Positions 1-9,696 of a stretch of DNA of 51,308 nucleotides are shown piece after piece. Within the stretch, counting starts at the first letter, position 1. Each line of letters begins with the position of its first letter. The DNA is taken from assembly GCA_964014485.1 (NCBI GenBank), contig CAXHAT010000028.1:1-51308 (forward strand), given 5' to 3'. This DNA comes from an uncultured Deferribacteres bacterium. Lineage in GTDB: Bacteria > Zhuqueibacterota > Zhuqueibacteria > Zhuqueibacterales > Geothermadaptataceae. Below the pieces are notes generated by a model. The model made no database searches. It was not told the origin of the DNA and saw only the letters and a list, made by a program, of their open reading frames with translations. The position numbers and the translations under genes were made by a program.

Positions 1-8
1 ACGTTTAC

Positions 9-1580
9 TTGATCACAGTCCCGCCGGTGGGCGGCAAAGCGCCGACGGTCTCGCTAAAATCTTCATCGATTGTCCCGACGCGCAGATTGACGGACGTCGG
101 CGGCGATTTTGTTGGTTGGCAAAACGACGGAAACGTGGCTTATTATTCGATTGGACGCAGCTTTTTTCAACATGAAGTCGCGCTCGCGGATTCGTTTGAG
201 CTTGCGGCGGCAAAACGCAAACGCGAAAAATCGGCTGCGACAGACGCTCCGGACGACTCGACGAAAGCTGAAGAAAACAAAGCGCCGGAGCAAAAATACG
301 CCGCCTTGCGTGCGGACATTGAAATCACAGCGACAAAAGACAAGCCGCGCGGCGAAGTCGTTTTGCGCGGCGCTCGGCTTATCACAATGCGCGGCGACGA
401 GGTGATCGCTTCCGGGGACGTCGTCGTTAAAGACAATCGTATTGTGGCCGTCGGCGAACAGGGGCAAGTTTCCGTGCCGCAAGGGGCGAAGATCATTGAC
501 GTTTCCGGTAAGACGATCATGCCTGGGCTTGTTGATATTCACGCGCACACCTGGGTGGCTTGGGGCGTGCACCGTCGGCAGGTTTCGCAATTTTTGGCGC
601 AATTGGCCTATGGCGTTACCACGCAGCGCGATCCGCAGACTTCGTCGGAAGATGTGCTGACTTACAGCGATTTGATGGAAATCGGCGATTTGATCGGGCC
701 GCGGCTTTATTCGACCGGGCCGGGGATTTTCTGGTCGGACGATATTAAGAGCTTGAAAGAAGCGCGCGACGTGCTCAAGCGCTACGCCGACCATTTTAAC
801 ACGCAGACGATCAAGCAATATCTCGCCGGAGACCGCAAGATTCGACAATGGGTGATCATGGCGTCGCGCGAGCTTGGTCTGACCCCGACGACGGAAGGCG
901 GTTCGAACTTCACCATGAACTTGACATTGATGCAGGACGGTTACGCCGGGTTGGAGCACTCTCTGCCGATCAGCCCGCTTTACAAGGACGTGGTGCAGTT
1001 GACGGCTTTTAGCGGCATGGCCTATACGCCCACGCTCGTCGTGAGCTACGGCGGCCCGTCCGGCTTGTATTATTTTCTGACCAAAACCAACGTCGATCAG
1101 GTCGAACGCTTGCGCTTTTTTACGCCGCATGATGAGCTGGATAAATGGAAAAGCACCCGTTATTATCGTGATGACCAATATATTTTCCCGTTGCACGCTG
1201 AACAATTGACCAAAGTCGTTGAAGCGGGAGGGCGCGTTGGGCTGGGCTCGCACGGCGAGGTGCAGGGCTTGGGCACGCATTGGGAACTGTGGATGATGGC
1301 CGCCGGGGGAATGAAGCCGCACGACGCCCTGCGCGCCGCAACATTGCACAGCGCCGACGCCATTGGCTTGGACGGCGACATTGGCTCGCTTGAACCCGGC
1401 AAAATGGCCGACTTGATCGTGCTTGACAAAAACCCGCTCGAAGCCATTGAAAACACCGATTCGATCGTTTATGTAATGAAAAACGGCAGGCTCTACGAAG
1501 CGGAGAATTTGACCGAAATCTGGCCGCGTCAACGTCCTTTGCCGACGCAATGGTGGCAGCGTTTGGAACCTGAGGAGTAG
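9..1580 (+). CDS. Amidohydrolase family protein, 5'-truncated at the window edge
   Basis: PGLVDIHAH metal-binding motif; ALRAATLHSA...GSLEPGKMADLIVLD C-terminal motif; ORF runs from the window start. Confidence 0.85.
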   Translation: MITVPPVGGKAPTVSLKSSSIVPTRRLTDVGGDFVGWQNDGNVAYYSIGRSFFQHEVALADSFELAAAKRKREKSAATDAPDDSTKAEENKAPEQKYAALRADIEITATKDKPRGEVVLRGARLITMRGDEVIASGDVVVKDNRIVAVGEQGQVSVPQGAKIIDVSGKTIMPGLVDIHAHTWVAWGVHRRQVSQFLAQLAYGVTTQRDPQTSSEDVLTYSDLMEIGDLIGPRLYSTGPGIFWSDDIKSLKEARDVLKRYADHFNTQTIKQYLAGDRKIRQWVIMASRELGLTPTTEGGSNFTMNLTLMQDGYAGLEHSLPISPLYKDVVQLTAFSGMAYTPTLVVSYGGPSGLYYFLTKTNVDQVERLRFFTPHDELDKWKSTRYYRDDQYIFPLHAEQLTKVVEAGGRVGLGSHGEVQGLGTHWELWMMAAGGMKPHDALRAATLHSADAIGLDGDIGSLEPGKMADLIVLDKNPLEAIENTDSIVYVMKNGRLYEAENLTEIWPRQRPLPTQWWQRLEPEE

Positions 1581-1590
1581 GCGAGCTTCT

Positions 1591-1731
1591 AATTTTTTGA
1601 CTGGATCAACCGGATTAGCGGGATTATTTGGACTGGACAATTCGCAAGCACAAGGTTGTGATTGTTTTTGATTTACCGGGCAAAGAAATAAAAAGATAAT
1701 CCAGTCGATCCGGTTGATCCTGTCAAAAATT
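1591..1731. repeat. Intergenic imperfect inverted repeat (about 36-bp arms) with 9-bp-periodic GGAT/ATCC units
   Basis: aattttttgactggatcaaccggattagcgggattat (1591-1627) vs ataatccagtcgatccggttgatcctgtcaaaaatt (1696-1731); GGAT at 1603/1612/1621, ATCC at 1699/1708/1717. Confidence 0.8.
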
Positions 1732-1761
1732 ACCCACTCAAAACGACGTAGAACTGAAAGA

Positions 1762-3288
1762 ATGGCGAAATCGAAAAAGAAAAAAGGCGGCGCTAAAAAG
1801 GCTGAAACGAAAAAGACGACGCAAAGCAAGCCGATGCTGAAAATCGTCGTTATTGCCGTCGTTATTTTAGGCGGATTGAGTGCTGCGGGTTATTGGTTCA
1901 TGCAGCCGCGCGGCGATTTGAACAAACTGCCTGCGATCGATGTTGCGACAATGGAGCCGCTTGTCGGCAAAAAGCTGAACAGCTTGCTCAAAGGCGTTCA
2001 AGATTCCCCAGACAACGCCCAGGCCTGGGGGCTGCTCGGAATGAACTTTCAAGTCCATGGTTTTGCGCGTGAGGCGTTTGATTGTCTCGAGCAGGCACAC
2101 AAGCTTGATCCCTCAGCTTTTGCCTGGGCGTATTATTTTGCGCTCGGCAAACGCGATTTGGGCGAACCGGAAGCGCTGGATTGGTTTCTAAAAGCGGCGG
2201 AACTCAATCCAAATCACGCGCCGTTGCATGTGCACCTTGGAGAAATGTACTTAAAATTGAACCGGAAAAAAGAAGCCGAGCAATCTTTTCTCAAGGCTTT
2301 GGGCTTAAATCCCGGCTTATCGCACGCACACTTGGGACTCGCAAAAATTGCCCGCATGGAAAACCGTCTGGACGCGGCGATCAAGCACTTGGAAACCGGA
2401 CTTAGACAGACGCGCCGTCACCGTGAGATCATTGCGCTTTTGATGAACCTTTATCGCGAAACCGGACAAACGGAAAAATGGGCGCAGCTTTCCGCGCAGT
2501 TTGCATCGCAGCTCGACCGCTTGCCGCCGAAGGCCAAGATGAACGATCCGTTCATTACGAGATTTGCACAAGAAGGCGTCAGCCAATTGTGGTTTCGTGA
2601 ACGCGGCCAGGTTTTTTATGATGCGGGCGAATTTCAGAACGCTTTGAAGGAGTTCCAGTCCGCCCTGCAAATTCGCAACGACGCTCGGACGCAGCACAAT
2701 ATTGGCCTCTGCTACATGTCAATGAACAGCCTTAAACCTGCGATTCAACATCTCAAAGCCGCTGTTGAGAAAGCGCCGCACAAGGTCACATACTTGAACG
2801 ATTTGGGCGACGCCATGCTCAAGGCGGACGATGCGGCAGGTGAAAAATATCTGCGAGAAGCGCTGGAGAAAAAGCCGTACGAAGCGTTGGTTGTCGCGAC
2901 GCTGGGAAAATATTTGCAAGGGCAAAAGCGCTGGCGCGATCTCATTGCGATTTATGAAAAAGCCTACGAGTTGCGCCCGAACCATCCGATTTTTCAACGC
3001 GATCTCGCGTGGTTTTTAACGGTCGCGCCGCAAGCGCCGACACGTAAACCGAAAAAAGCGCTGGGAATTATAGAGAAAATTCTCGCGGAAGACGGCGTCG
3101 TGCGTCCCGACTTGTACGAGTTGTTTTCCGTCGTCTATGCTGCGAACGGACGTTTCCAGGACGCTTTGACCTACTCCGGTTATGCGATTACGCGCGCACA
3201 GCGTCGAAACAACCCTCAGCTCGTGAAAGAATTGCAACAGCGCCACGCACTTTTTCAACGGGGACAAGCGTGGGTGATGACGGATTGA
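1762..3288 (+). CDS. Membrane-anchored tetratricopeptide repeat protein (paralog of 4980-6443)
   Basis: Lys-rich N-terminus plus TM helix, many TPR-like repeats (AWGLLG, LHVHLG, HNIG); start at MAKSKK chosen because the upstream part of the ORF overlaps the repeat. Confidence 0.8.
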   Translation: MAKSKKKKGGAKKAETKKTTQSKPMLKIVVIAVVILGGLSAAGYWFMQPRGDLNKLPAIDVATMEPLVGKKLNSLLKGVQDSPDNAQAWGLLGMNFQVHGFAREAFDCLEQAHKLDPSAFAWAYYFALGKRDLGEPEALDWFLKAAELNPNHAPLHVHLGEMYLKLNRKKEAEQSFLKALGLNPGLSHAHLGLAKIARMENRLDAAIKHLETGLRQTRRHREIIALLMNLYRETGQTEKWAQLSAQFASQLDRLPPKAKMNDPFITRFAQEGVSQLWFRERGQVFYDAGEFQNALKEFQSALQIRNDARTQHNIGLCYMSMNSLKPAIQHLKAAVEKAPHKVTYLNDLGDAMLKADDAAGEKYLREALEKKPYEALVVATLGKYLQGQKRWRDLIAIYEKAYELRPNHPIFQRDLAWFLTVAPQAPTRKPKKALGIIEKILAEDGVVRPDLYELFSVVYAANGRFQDALTYSGYAITRAQRRNNPQLVKELQQRHALFQRGQAWVMTD

Positions 3289-3299
3289 GCCGTTTTCTG

Positions 3300-4964
3300 A
3301 TGAAATCTTCCAAAAGCTTTCCTGCTAGTTTATGCCTTCTTGTCATCGCTTGTAATTCAACCGATAATACAAACTCTCCGTCAAGATTCGTTGACGTCAC
3401 TCAGGAAGTCGGGCTCGATTTTGTGCATGAAGCCGGAGCTCAAGGCCGTTATTTTATGCCGGAAGAAATGGGCGCGGGCAGCGCTCTTTTTGATTATGAC
3501 GGCGACGGCGATTTGGACGTTTACCTCGTCAACGGCGGCTGGATTTATTCTGAACGCAAAGTGAAAAACCGGCTTTTCCGGCAAGAATCGGACGGGCGGT
3601 TCCTCGATGTGACGGAAGAGAGCGGGCTTGGCGACACGGGTTTTGGCATGGGCGTGGCGGTCGGCGATATTGACAACGACGGCGATGCGGACGTCTACGT
3701 GACCAATTTTGGCGGCGACTCCTTGTACGTCAACAACGGCGACGGCACTTTTCGCAACGCGACCGAGGCGGCGGGCGTTGACAATCCGGGGTGGGGGTGT
3801 TCGGCAACTTTTTTTGATTTTGATCTCGACGGCTTTCTCGATCTTTACGTCACCAATTATGTCGACTATGATTCTTCCGTGACTTGTACGGACAAAGCGG
3901 GGAGGAAGCACTACTGCGGCCCGCGTAAATTCAACGGTTCCGTTGACGTTTTGTACCGAAATCTGGGCGACGGACGATTTGCGGACGTCTCGCTGCAAAG
4001 CGGCGTTGCCAGATTCAATAAACGCGGTCTGGGCGTTGTTGCGGCGGACGTCGACGCGGACGGCTGGCCTGACATTTATGTCGCCAATGACGCGCAGGAA
4101 AATCTGCTGTGGATGAATCAAAAAGACGGAACGTTTCAGGAACAGGCGACAAGGTTTGGTCTGGCGCTCAACAAATTCGGTCAAGCGGAAGCGGGGATGG
4201 GAATTGCAATCGGAGACGTCAACGGGGACTTAAAACCGGATTTTTTGGTGACGCATCTGGAGCGTGAGAGCAACACGATGTACGTGAGCTCAACTGCCGC
4301 CGGGTATTTGGATAATTCATTGGCTGCAGGGTTTGAAGCTCCGCAGATTACGCCGTTCACCGGCTTTGGCTCTGGATTCGTCGACTTCAATCTTGACGGT
4401 TTTCTCGATTTGGCTGTGGGCAACGGCAGGGTTGACCGTGCGTCAAAACCGCTGCGACAAGACGGCGATTACTGGGCGGATTACGCCGAACCGAATCTCA
4501 TTTTTTTGGGCGAGGGAGATGGACGTTTTAAGAATGGTTCTGGCCAATTTTCCGATTTCAGCGCGCCGATTGAGAATACGCGCGGCATGGCTTTCGGCGA
4601 CATAGACAATGACGGAGACGTTGATATTTTGGTGAACAATTGCGGCGGCAAGGTGCAGCTTTTCCGCAATGAAGTCGAACGGGAAGGCGCCTGGTTGATC
4701 GTTGAACCGTTTGATCCGGCACTGCAACGCAGTCCGCAGGGCGCGCAAGTCTTGGTGAAAGCGGGCGGCAAAACTTATTATGGCGAGGTGCGTTCCGGCT
4801 ACAGCTATTTGTGCAGCAACGACCCTCGCGTTCATTTTGGTTTGGGCAAAGTTGATAAGATCGATGAGATCGCCGTTATTTGGCCGGACGGAGAAAAGGA
4901 GATTTTTGGCCAACGGGAAGTAAATCGATTCGTTCGGCTGGAAAAAGGCAAAGCGAGTGACTGA
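3300..4964 (+). CDS. CRTAC1-family lipoprotein (FG-GAP/VCBS repeats plus ASPIC/UnbV domain)
   Basis: LLVIAC lipobox, repeated DxDxDGxxD motifs, C-terminal SYLCSNDPRVHFGLG...IWPDG. Confidence 0.88.
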   Translation: MKSSKSFPASLCLLVIACNSTDNTNSPSRFVDVTQEVGLDFVHEAGAQGRYFMPEEMGAGSALFDYDGDGDLDVYLVNGGWIYSERKVKNRLFRQESDGRFLDVTEESGLGDTGFGMGVAVGDIDNDGDADVYVTNFGGDSLYVNNGDGTFRNATEAAGVDNPGWGCSATFFDFDLDGFLDLYVTNYVDYDSSVTCTDKAGRKHYCGPRKFNGSVDVLYRNLGDGRFADVSLQSGVARFNKRGLGVVAADVDADGWPDIYVANDAQENLLWMNQKDGTFQEQATRFGLALNKFGQAEAGMGIAIGDVNGDLKPDFLVTHLERESNTMYVSSTAAGYLDNSLAAGFEAPQITPFTGFGSGFVDFNLDGFLDLAVGNGRVDRASKPLRQDGDYWADYAEPNLIFLGEGDGRFKNGSGQFSDFSAPIENTRGMAFGDIDNDGDVDILVNNCGGKVQLFRNEVEREGAWLIVEPFDPALQRSPQGAQVLVKAGGKTYYGEVRSGYSYLCSNDPRVHFGLGKVDKIDEIAVIWPDGEKEIFGQREVNRFVRLEKGKASD

Positions 4965-4979
4965 TCGACAAAAGCCAGG

Positions 4980-6443
4980 GTGACTAATATTTTCAATAAG
5001 AAAAAAAGCATACTATTTCAACGCATTGCATTTTGTTTTGCAACGCTGGTTCTAACCGCGTCTTGCTCGCCGCCGAAAGGCGACCTGAGTAAGTTGCCTA
5101 CGAATGACTATGCCGACGCTGAGCCGCAGGTTGGTCAAAAGTTGCAACGCTTGATCGCCAAGGTGAAAGAAAATCCCGGCGACGCCGCGGCATGGGGGAT
5201 GCTTGGGATGAACCTGCACGTTCACGGTTTCCCTGATGACGCAATCGCCAGTTTTTCAGAAGCTTACGAATTGGACGGGGAAGAATTTCGCTGGCCTTAT
5301 TACGCTGCATTTGTCGCGCTGGAAAAAGGCGATGCTTCTGCATTCGATTGGCTCCTGAAAGCCCGGAAGGTGCGTGAAAATTACGCGCCGTTGCATGTCC
5401 GGATCGGCGAATTTCTTTTGAAAGAGCAAAGATTTGATTTGGCGCGGAGCGCTTTTGAGCGCGCTCAAAGATATGATTCTCGGCTATCACAGGCAGAGCA
5501 CGGCCTTGCCAAAGTTGCGGAAGCAAAAGGCGAGACTCGTTTGGCGATAGATCACGCAAAAAATGCTTTACGCTTGAATCCGCGCCACCATGAAGCTGCG
5601 GCGTTGTTGAGAAGTCTTTACCGGCAGGCCGGTGACGAGCAAAAGAGCGCGCAATTTGGCGGCGGAAGCGCTCCCGGTACGCCTGTGAAAATGGTCGAGC
5701 CGTTGATCGGCGCAATGATGCTCGAAGGCGTGAGTCGTTACTGGTATGTTCTGCGCGGCAAGGATTATCTTGCAGCCGGGAAATACGTGAAAGCCATTTC
5801 TGAACTTGAGCTTGCGCGCGGCATAAAGGACGGCGCAGAAGTGAACAATGATCTCGGCTATTGTTTTCTGCAGCTCGGAAAAATTGACGACGCAACGCGG
5901 TATTTCGCAAAAGCAGTGGAGATGGCGCCGAACAACGCAGTTTATCTTGGCGATTACGGTAATGCGCTGGCGAAGATTGGCGATCCGCGAGGGGAAAAGC
6001 TTATGCGGAAAGCGTTGGATTTGGTGCCGGGTGATCCCGCCGTCGTTTCTCTGGCCAGTCAATTTTATCGAGAGAAAAATCGGTGGCTGGAAACCGTCGA
6101 TGTTTATAGACGCGCTCACCGAGCGGATTCCGATTCTTACCTTTTTCAGTACAATCTCGCATGGTTTTTGGCTGTTTCTCCTGACGCCGACGCACGAAAT
6201 CCGAAGGAAGCGCTGGCCGTGATCGAAGCAATGCAAAAGAACACAGACTTATCTCATCGAGATATTCTGGAATTGTTTTCGGTCGTGTATGCGGCAAATA
6301 AAGATTTTCCGAAGGCGCTTCGTTATTCACAGCAGGCTATCGCACGTGCGGCGAAGACAAAAAACGCAAGGTTAGTTCAGACGTTGCGGCGGCGGCACGA
6401 GCTGTTTGAGAAACGAGTAGCGTGGACTTTGGGGATGCGCTAA
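4980..6443 (+). CDS. Tetratricopeptide repeat lipoprotein (paralog of 1762-3288)
   Basis: LTASC lipobox, TPR repeats, end-to-end similarity to 1762-3288. Confidence 0.82.
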   Translation: MTNIFNKKKSILFQRIAFCFATLVLTASCSPPKGDLSKLPTNDYADAEPQVGQKLQRLIAKVKENPGDAAAWGMLGMNLHVHGFPDDAIASFSEAYELDGEEFRWPYYAAFVALEKGDASAFDWLLKARKVRENYAPLHVRIGEFLLKEQRFDLARSAFERAQRYDSRLSQAEHGLAKVAEAKGETRLAIDHAKNALRLNPRHHEAAALLRSLYRQAGDEQKSAQFGGGSAPGTPVKMVEPLIGAMMLEGVSRYWYVLRGKDYLAAGKYVKAISELELARGIKDGAEVNNDLGYCFLQLGKIDDATRYFAKAVEMAPNNAVYLGDYGNALAKIGDPRGEKLMRKALDLVPGDPAVVSLASQFYREKNRWLETVDVYRRAHRADSDSYLFQYNLAWFLAVSPDADARNPKEALAVIEAMQKNTDLSHRDILELFSVVYAANKDFPKALRYSQQAIARAAKTKNARLVQTLRRRHELFEKRVAWTLGMR

Positions 6444-6449
6444 CGGCGC

Positions 6450-6492
6450 AAAAAAAACAGCCGCGATACGTTTTCGTTAACGTATCGCGGCT
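6450..6492 (-). terminator. Intrinsic terminator between convergent genes
   Basis: Perfect 14-bp stem agccgcgatacgtt/aacgtatcgcggct; U-tract on the minus strand. Confidence 0.8.
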
Positions 6493-6529
6493 AGTCAATT
6501 CGTGGGCGGGCGTTGTTTTCGAGTTTTGG

Positions 6530-7423
6530 TTATTTCGCCAACGCGTCCTGATTATTGTGCTCAGGCAGAAGAACCATGGCGAGCCCGTAGGCGATTAAAG
6601 CAGGGATGACTTGCGTGATAAGCGCGAGGACGATGAATGCGATTCTGACGATAGTTGAATCGACATTGAAATGTTCGGCCAAGCCGCCGCAAACGCCGCC
6701 GATCTTCTTGTCGCTTACCGAACGCTCAAACCGCCAACTTGTTTTTGGCGCGGAGCCGGAGGCGGGGTCTGAAGAATCGACTGGGTTAGACTGGGATTTT
6801 TTGTGATTGAAAATCAGAAAAACGCCCAAGCCTATCAGCGCGATTGAGAATATGTAGTCAAAATTGTAGCGCAGCCAGCGAAACGGGAAGTAGAAGTGTA
6901 AATTGTCCGCGAGAATAACGGCGCCCAGGAAAATCAGAATGCCGCCGATAATAAGCCCTGCATTGCGGGAGCGTTCGCGGCTTTTTTCCTTCAGCTCAGC
7001 GGGGGGGACGTGACCAGGGTCTTGTTCCGGCATGACGATCCATGCGACGATGTAGGCAGGGAGTCCGATGGTAAAAATGGTCGCGACAAACCAACCGACC
7101 CTGACGAGAGTCACGTCTAAACCAAAATATTCGGCGACCCCGCCGCAAACGCCGGCAATTGTGCGGTTCGTTTGAGAACGCATCAATTTTTTCGGGGCGG
7201 ACGACGATCCGGTTTGCTCCTCCGATTGATCTTCGTGCGTCACCGGCTCCTCAGCGGGCGCAGCATCGTCAGCGCTAGACGCTTCTTCTTCCGCTGACGC
7301 TTGAGGCTGCTCCTTTGAAGGCGCTTCTTCGCTCGTTTCTTTTTCCTGCTTTTCTTCCTGTTGTTCGCTCGCTTCCGCCGGTTCGGACGATTGCTGTTTA
7401 TCTTTCTTTTCCGCGTCTGACAT
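6530..7423 (-). CDS. PspC domain membrane protein (two PspC domains, acidic N-terminus, LiaF-like TM segment)
   Basis: Two RSxxxxxIxGVCGGxAExF motifs; GGAGG upstream of ATG 7423. Confidence 0.85.
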   Translation of the reverse strand: MSDAEKKDKQQSSEPAEASEQQEEKQEKETSEEAPSKEQPQASAEEEASSADDAAPAEEPVTHEDQSEEQTGSSSAPKKLMRSQTNRTIAGVCGGVAEYFGLDVTLVRVGWFVATIFTIGLPAYIVAWIVMPEQDPGHVPPAELKEKSRERSRNAGLIIGGILIFLGAVILADNLHFYFPFRWLRYNFDYIFSIALIGLGVFLIFNHKKSQSNPVDSSDPASGSAPKTSWRFERSVSDKKIGGVCGGLAEHFNVDSTIVRIAFIVLALITQVIPALIAYGLAMVLLPEHNNQDALAK

Positions 7424-7516
7424 GGGGAGTCCTCCAGAAATTAAAATATAAGATGATTCGCTCAAAAATCAGCATGTGGGACTGGCTGGGGAAACGAGAG
7501 AAACGGGAGGATTGTT

Positions 7517-8173
7517 TCAACGTGATTTTTTATATTTGAGGTCAATTTGATCAATCTTTGCGACGCGTTTTGCATGCCGCCCGCCGCCAAAATCCGTGTA
7601 CAGCCAAGTCATCACAATTTTTTTCGCGAGTTCGTCCCCAATAAGCCTGCCGCCTAAGGTCAGAACATTCGCGCCGTTGTGCTCGCGACTGTTCGCCGCC
7701 GAAAAAAGATCATTGCAACAAGCGGCGCGAACTCCTGGAACTTTGTTCGCCGCCATTGCCGAGCCGACTCCAACACCGTCGACAATAATGCCGGCCTGCG
7801 TTTGCCCTTGCGCCACTTTTTCCGCGACGGCCTGTGCAATATCCGGATAATCGACCGAGTCTGCGCTATAGCACCCGACGTCTTCTACCTGAAAGCTCTT
7901 TGATTGCAAAAAGTCGATCAAGATTTGCTTCATCTCAAATCCGCCGTGGTCGCTTCCAATTGCGAGCGCGCTTTTCTTAAACTGCGGCGGAGGGAGAGGG
8001 GCGCTTTGGTGCGTTTGGTCTTCTTGAGCTGACGCCAACTCAAATTGTATTCCGTGGTGCGCCGCGGCTTCTCTGGCCAGCGGTGTGATGATCGTGTTTT
8101 GTTCAATTATGACGGTTTGCCGCCCCAGCTTTTTGGCTTTTAAAACCGCGTTTTCTGAGATTAATCTAGGCAT
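7517..8173 (-). CDS. rpiB: Ribose-5-phosphate isomerase B family protein with N-terminal extension
   Basis: GSDHGG, DYPD, AANKVPGVRAA, SREHNGANVL, FGGGRHAKRV motifs. Confidence 0.85.
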   Translation of the reverse strand: MPRLISENAVLKAKKLGRQTVIIEQNTIITPLAREAAAHHGIQFELASAQEDQTHQSAPLPPPQFKKSALAIGSDHGGFEMKQILIDFLQSKSFQVEDVGCYSADSVDYPDIAQAVAEKVAQGQTQAGIIVDGVGVGSAMAANKVPGVRAACCNDLFSAANSREHNGANVLTLGGRLIGDELAKKIVMTWLYTDFGGGRHAKRVAKIDQIDLKYKKSR

Positions 8174-8206
8174 TTTTTCAAACTGCTTTGTTGAAAATCA
8201 GGAAAT

Positions 8207-9376
8207 TCACCGACCTGAAAATTTGATGACGAGCAAAGTCATGTCGTCTGATTGCGCCGCCCCGGAAACGAATTCATGAACGCTTGCAACGGTCGCTTCG
8301 ACAATTTCCGGCGCAGTCTGATTAGTCGAACCTCCGACACAGGAAGCCAGTCTGGTTTCGCCGAATTCTTGCCTGCCGGCGTCCATGGCTTCAGTAACGC
8401 CGTCCGTGTATAAAATGAGTGCGTCGCCCGGCTGCAAAGCGAAAGATTTCTCTTCGTATTGCATCTTTCCGGTAGCGCCAATAACGAGACCGCTGGTTCG
8501 TTCGGTTTCCGTAACCGTACCGTTGACGCTCAAAATGTACCCCGGATTGTGCCCGGCGCTGGAGTATCGCACTTCGCCGGTTTGCGTATTGAGAATGCCG
8601 TAAAACATGCTGACAAACATTTCGGCCACACTTTCTTCGTAAAGACTGCGATTCACCTTCCCCAAGCACTCTCCTGGGGAGAATCCGTTCAGCGCCGTCG
8701 CCTTCAAGAATGTTCTTGAAACCGCCATGAATAGAGCGGCGGGAACGCCTTTGCCCGACACATCGCCGACGACAAACGCCAAATGATCATTATCGATGAA
8801 GAAAAAGTCGTAAAAATCCCCGCCCACTTCTTTGGCGGGCGACATGGCAGCATGAACTTCAACATCGCTTCGTTCCGGAAACGGCGGGAAAGTCCTGGGC
8901 AAAATTGAGGTCTGAATCTTTGCCGCAACATTCAACTCGTTCTTGAGAATTTCAAGACGGGCCCGATTCTCCAACGCCGCCTTGCGTTCCAAAGCCTCTT
9001 TGACGGTTTTGGACAGCGTGTTTTCAAGATCGTCGAGATCGATTGGCTTGGTGATAAAATCGAAAGCGCCGCGATTAAGCGCAGTCCGAATATTCGACAT
9101 GTCGCCGTACGCTGAAATAATCACCGTTCGGATGAGCGGGTAACGTTCATTGATTTTTCCGAGGAGCGTTAAGCCGTCCATGCGCGGCATGTTGATGTCG
9201 GTGAGCACAACGTCGACGGTTTGATCGGATTCGAGACTTTCCAATGCCTTAACGCCGTCTTCAGCGAATGAAAAAACGTAGCGGCCGTTTTCTATTTGTT
9301 CGCTGAAACTCATTGTGATCAGCAGCTCGAGATCAGGTTCGTCGTCGACAACAAGGATTTTGATTTGTTCGGGCAT
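8207..9376 (-). CDS. Response regulator receiver plus SpoIIE/PP2C phosphatase
   Basis: ILVVDDE...TDINMPRMDG receiver; VGGDFYDF, GDVSGKG, YTDGVTEA, DDMT PP2C motifs. Confidence 0.9.
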   Translation of the reverse strand: MPEQIKILVVDDEPDLELLITMSFSEQIENGRYVFSFAEDGVKALESLESDQTVDVVLTDINMPRMDGLTLLGKINERYPLIRTVIISAYGDMSNIRTALNRGAFDFITKPIDLDDLENTLSKTVKEALERKAALENRARLEILKNELNVAAKIQTSILPRTFPPFPERSDVEVHAAMSPAKEVGGDFYDFFFIDNDHLAFVVGDVSGKGVPAALFMAVSRTFLKATALNGFSPGECLGKVNRSLYEESVAEMFVSMFYGILNTQTGEVRYSSAGHNPGYILSVNGTVTETERTSGLVIGATGKMQYEEKSFALQPGDALILYTDGVTEAMDAGRQEFGETRLASCVGGSTNQTAPEIVEATVASVHEFVSGAAQSDDMTLLVIKFSGR

Positions 9377-9696
9377 CGAGCGTCTCGGAAATGATTATAA
9401 AAGCCCGGCGGCTTTATTCTTTTTTTGCTGCATGTATATCGTAAGGATTTGTTGAAAAGGGGAGGGGAAGATGACGAAGAATGAACAGGTTTTAAGCGAA
9501 AAGACAGGCGTCCGGTGCGTTGGGTGAATCCCGCCTCGTCGTTGCTCTCAAATCATCTGAAAAAACTTCGGCGAAGGCGCACGTAAAGTCAGCGCGAACG
9601 GGAGGGAATGCGCTCCGCCAATTCTGAGCGTAAGGGAAGCACAGTCGTTTGTAGTTCAGCCTTCAGGGTGCCTTTGAAGCGCCGTTTTGTACTGTT

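Noticed and set aside
63..1829. 588-aa antisense ORF
   Set aside because: Shadow of the amidohydrolase gene; no recognisable motifs; runs through the intergenic repeat.
9380..9696. About 320-bp intergenic region with small hairpins, considered as 6S RNA or a riboswitch
   Set aside because: Only short local stems; no long terminal helix or recognisable consensus. An Rfam scan would settle it.
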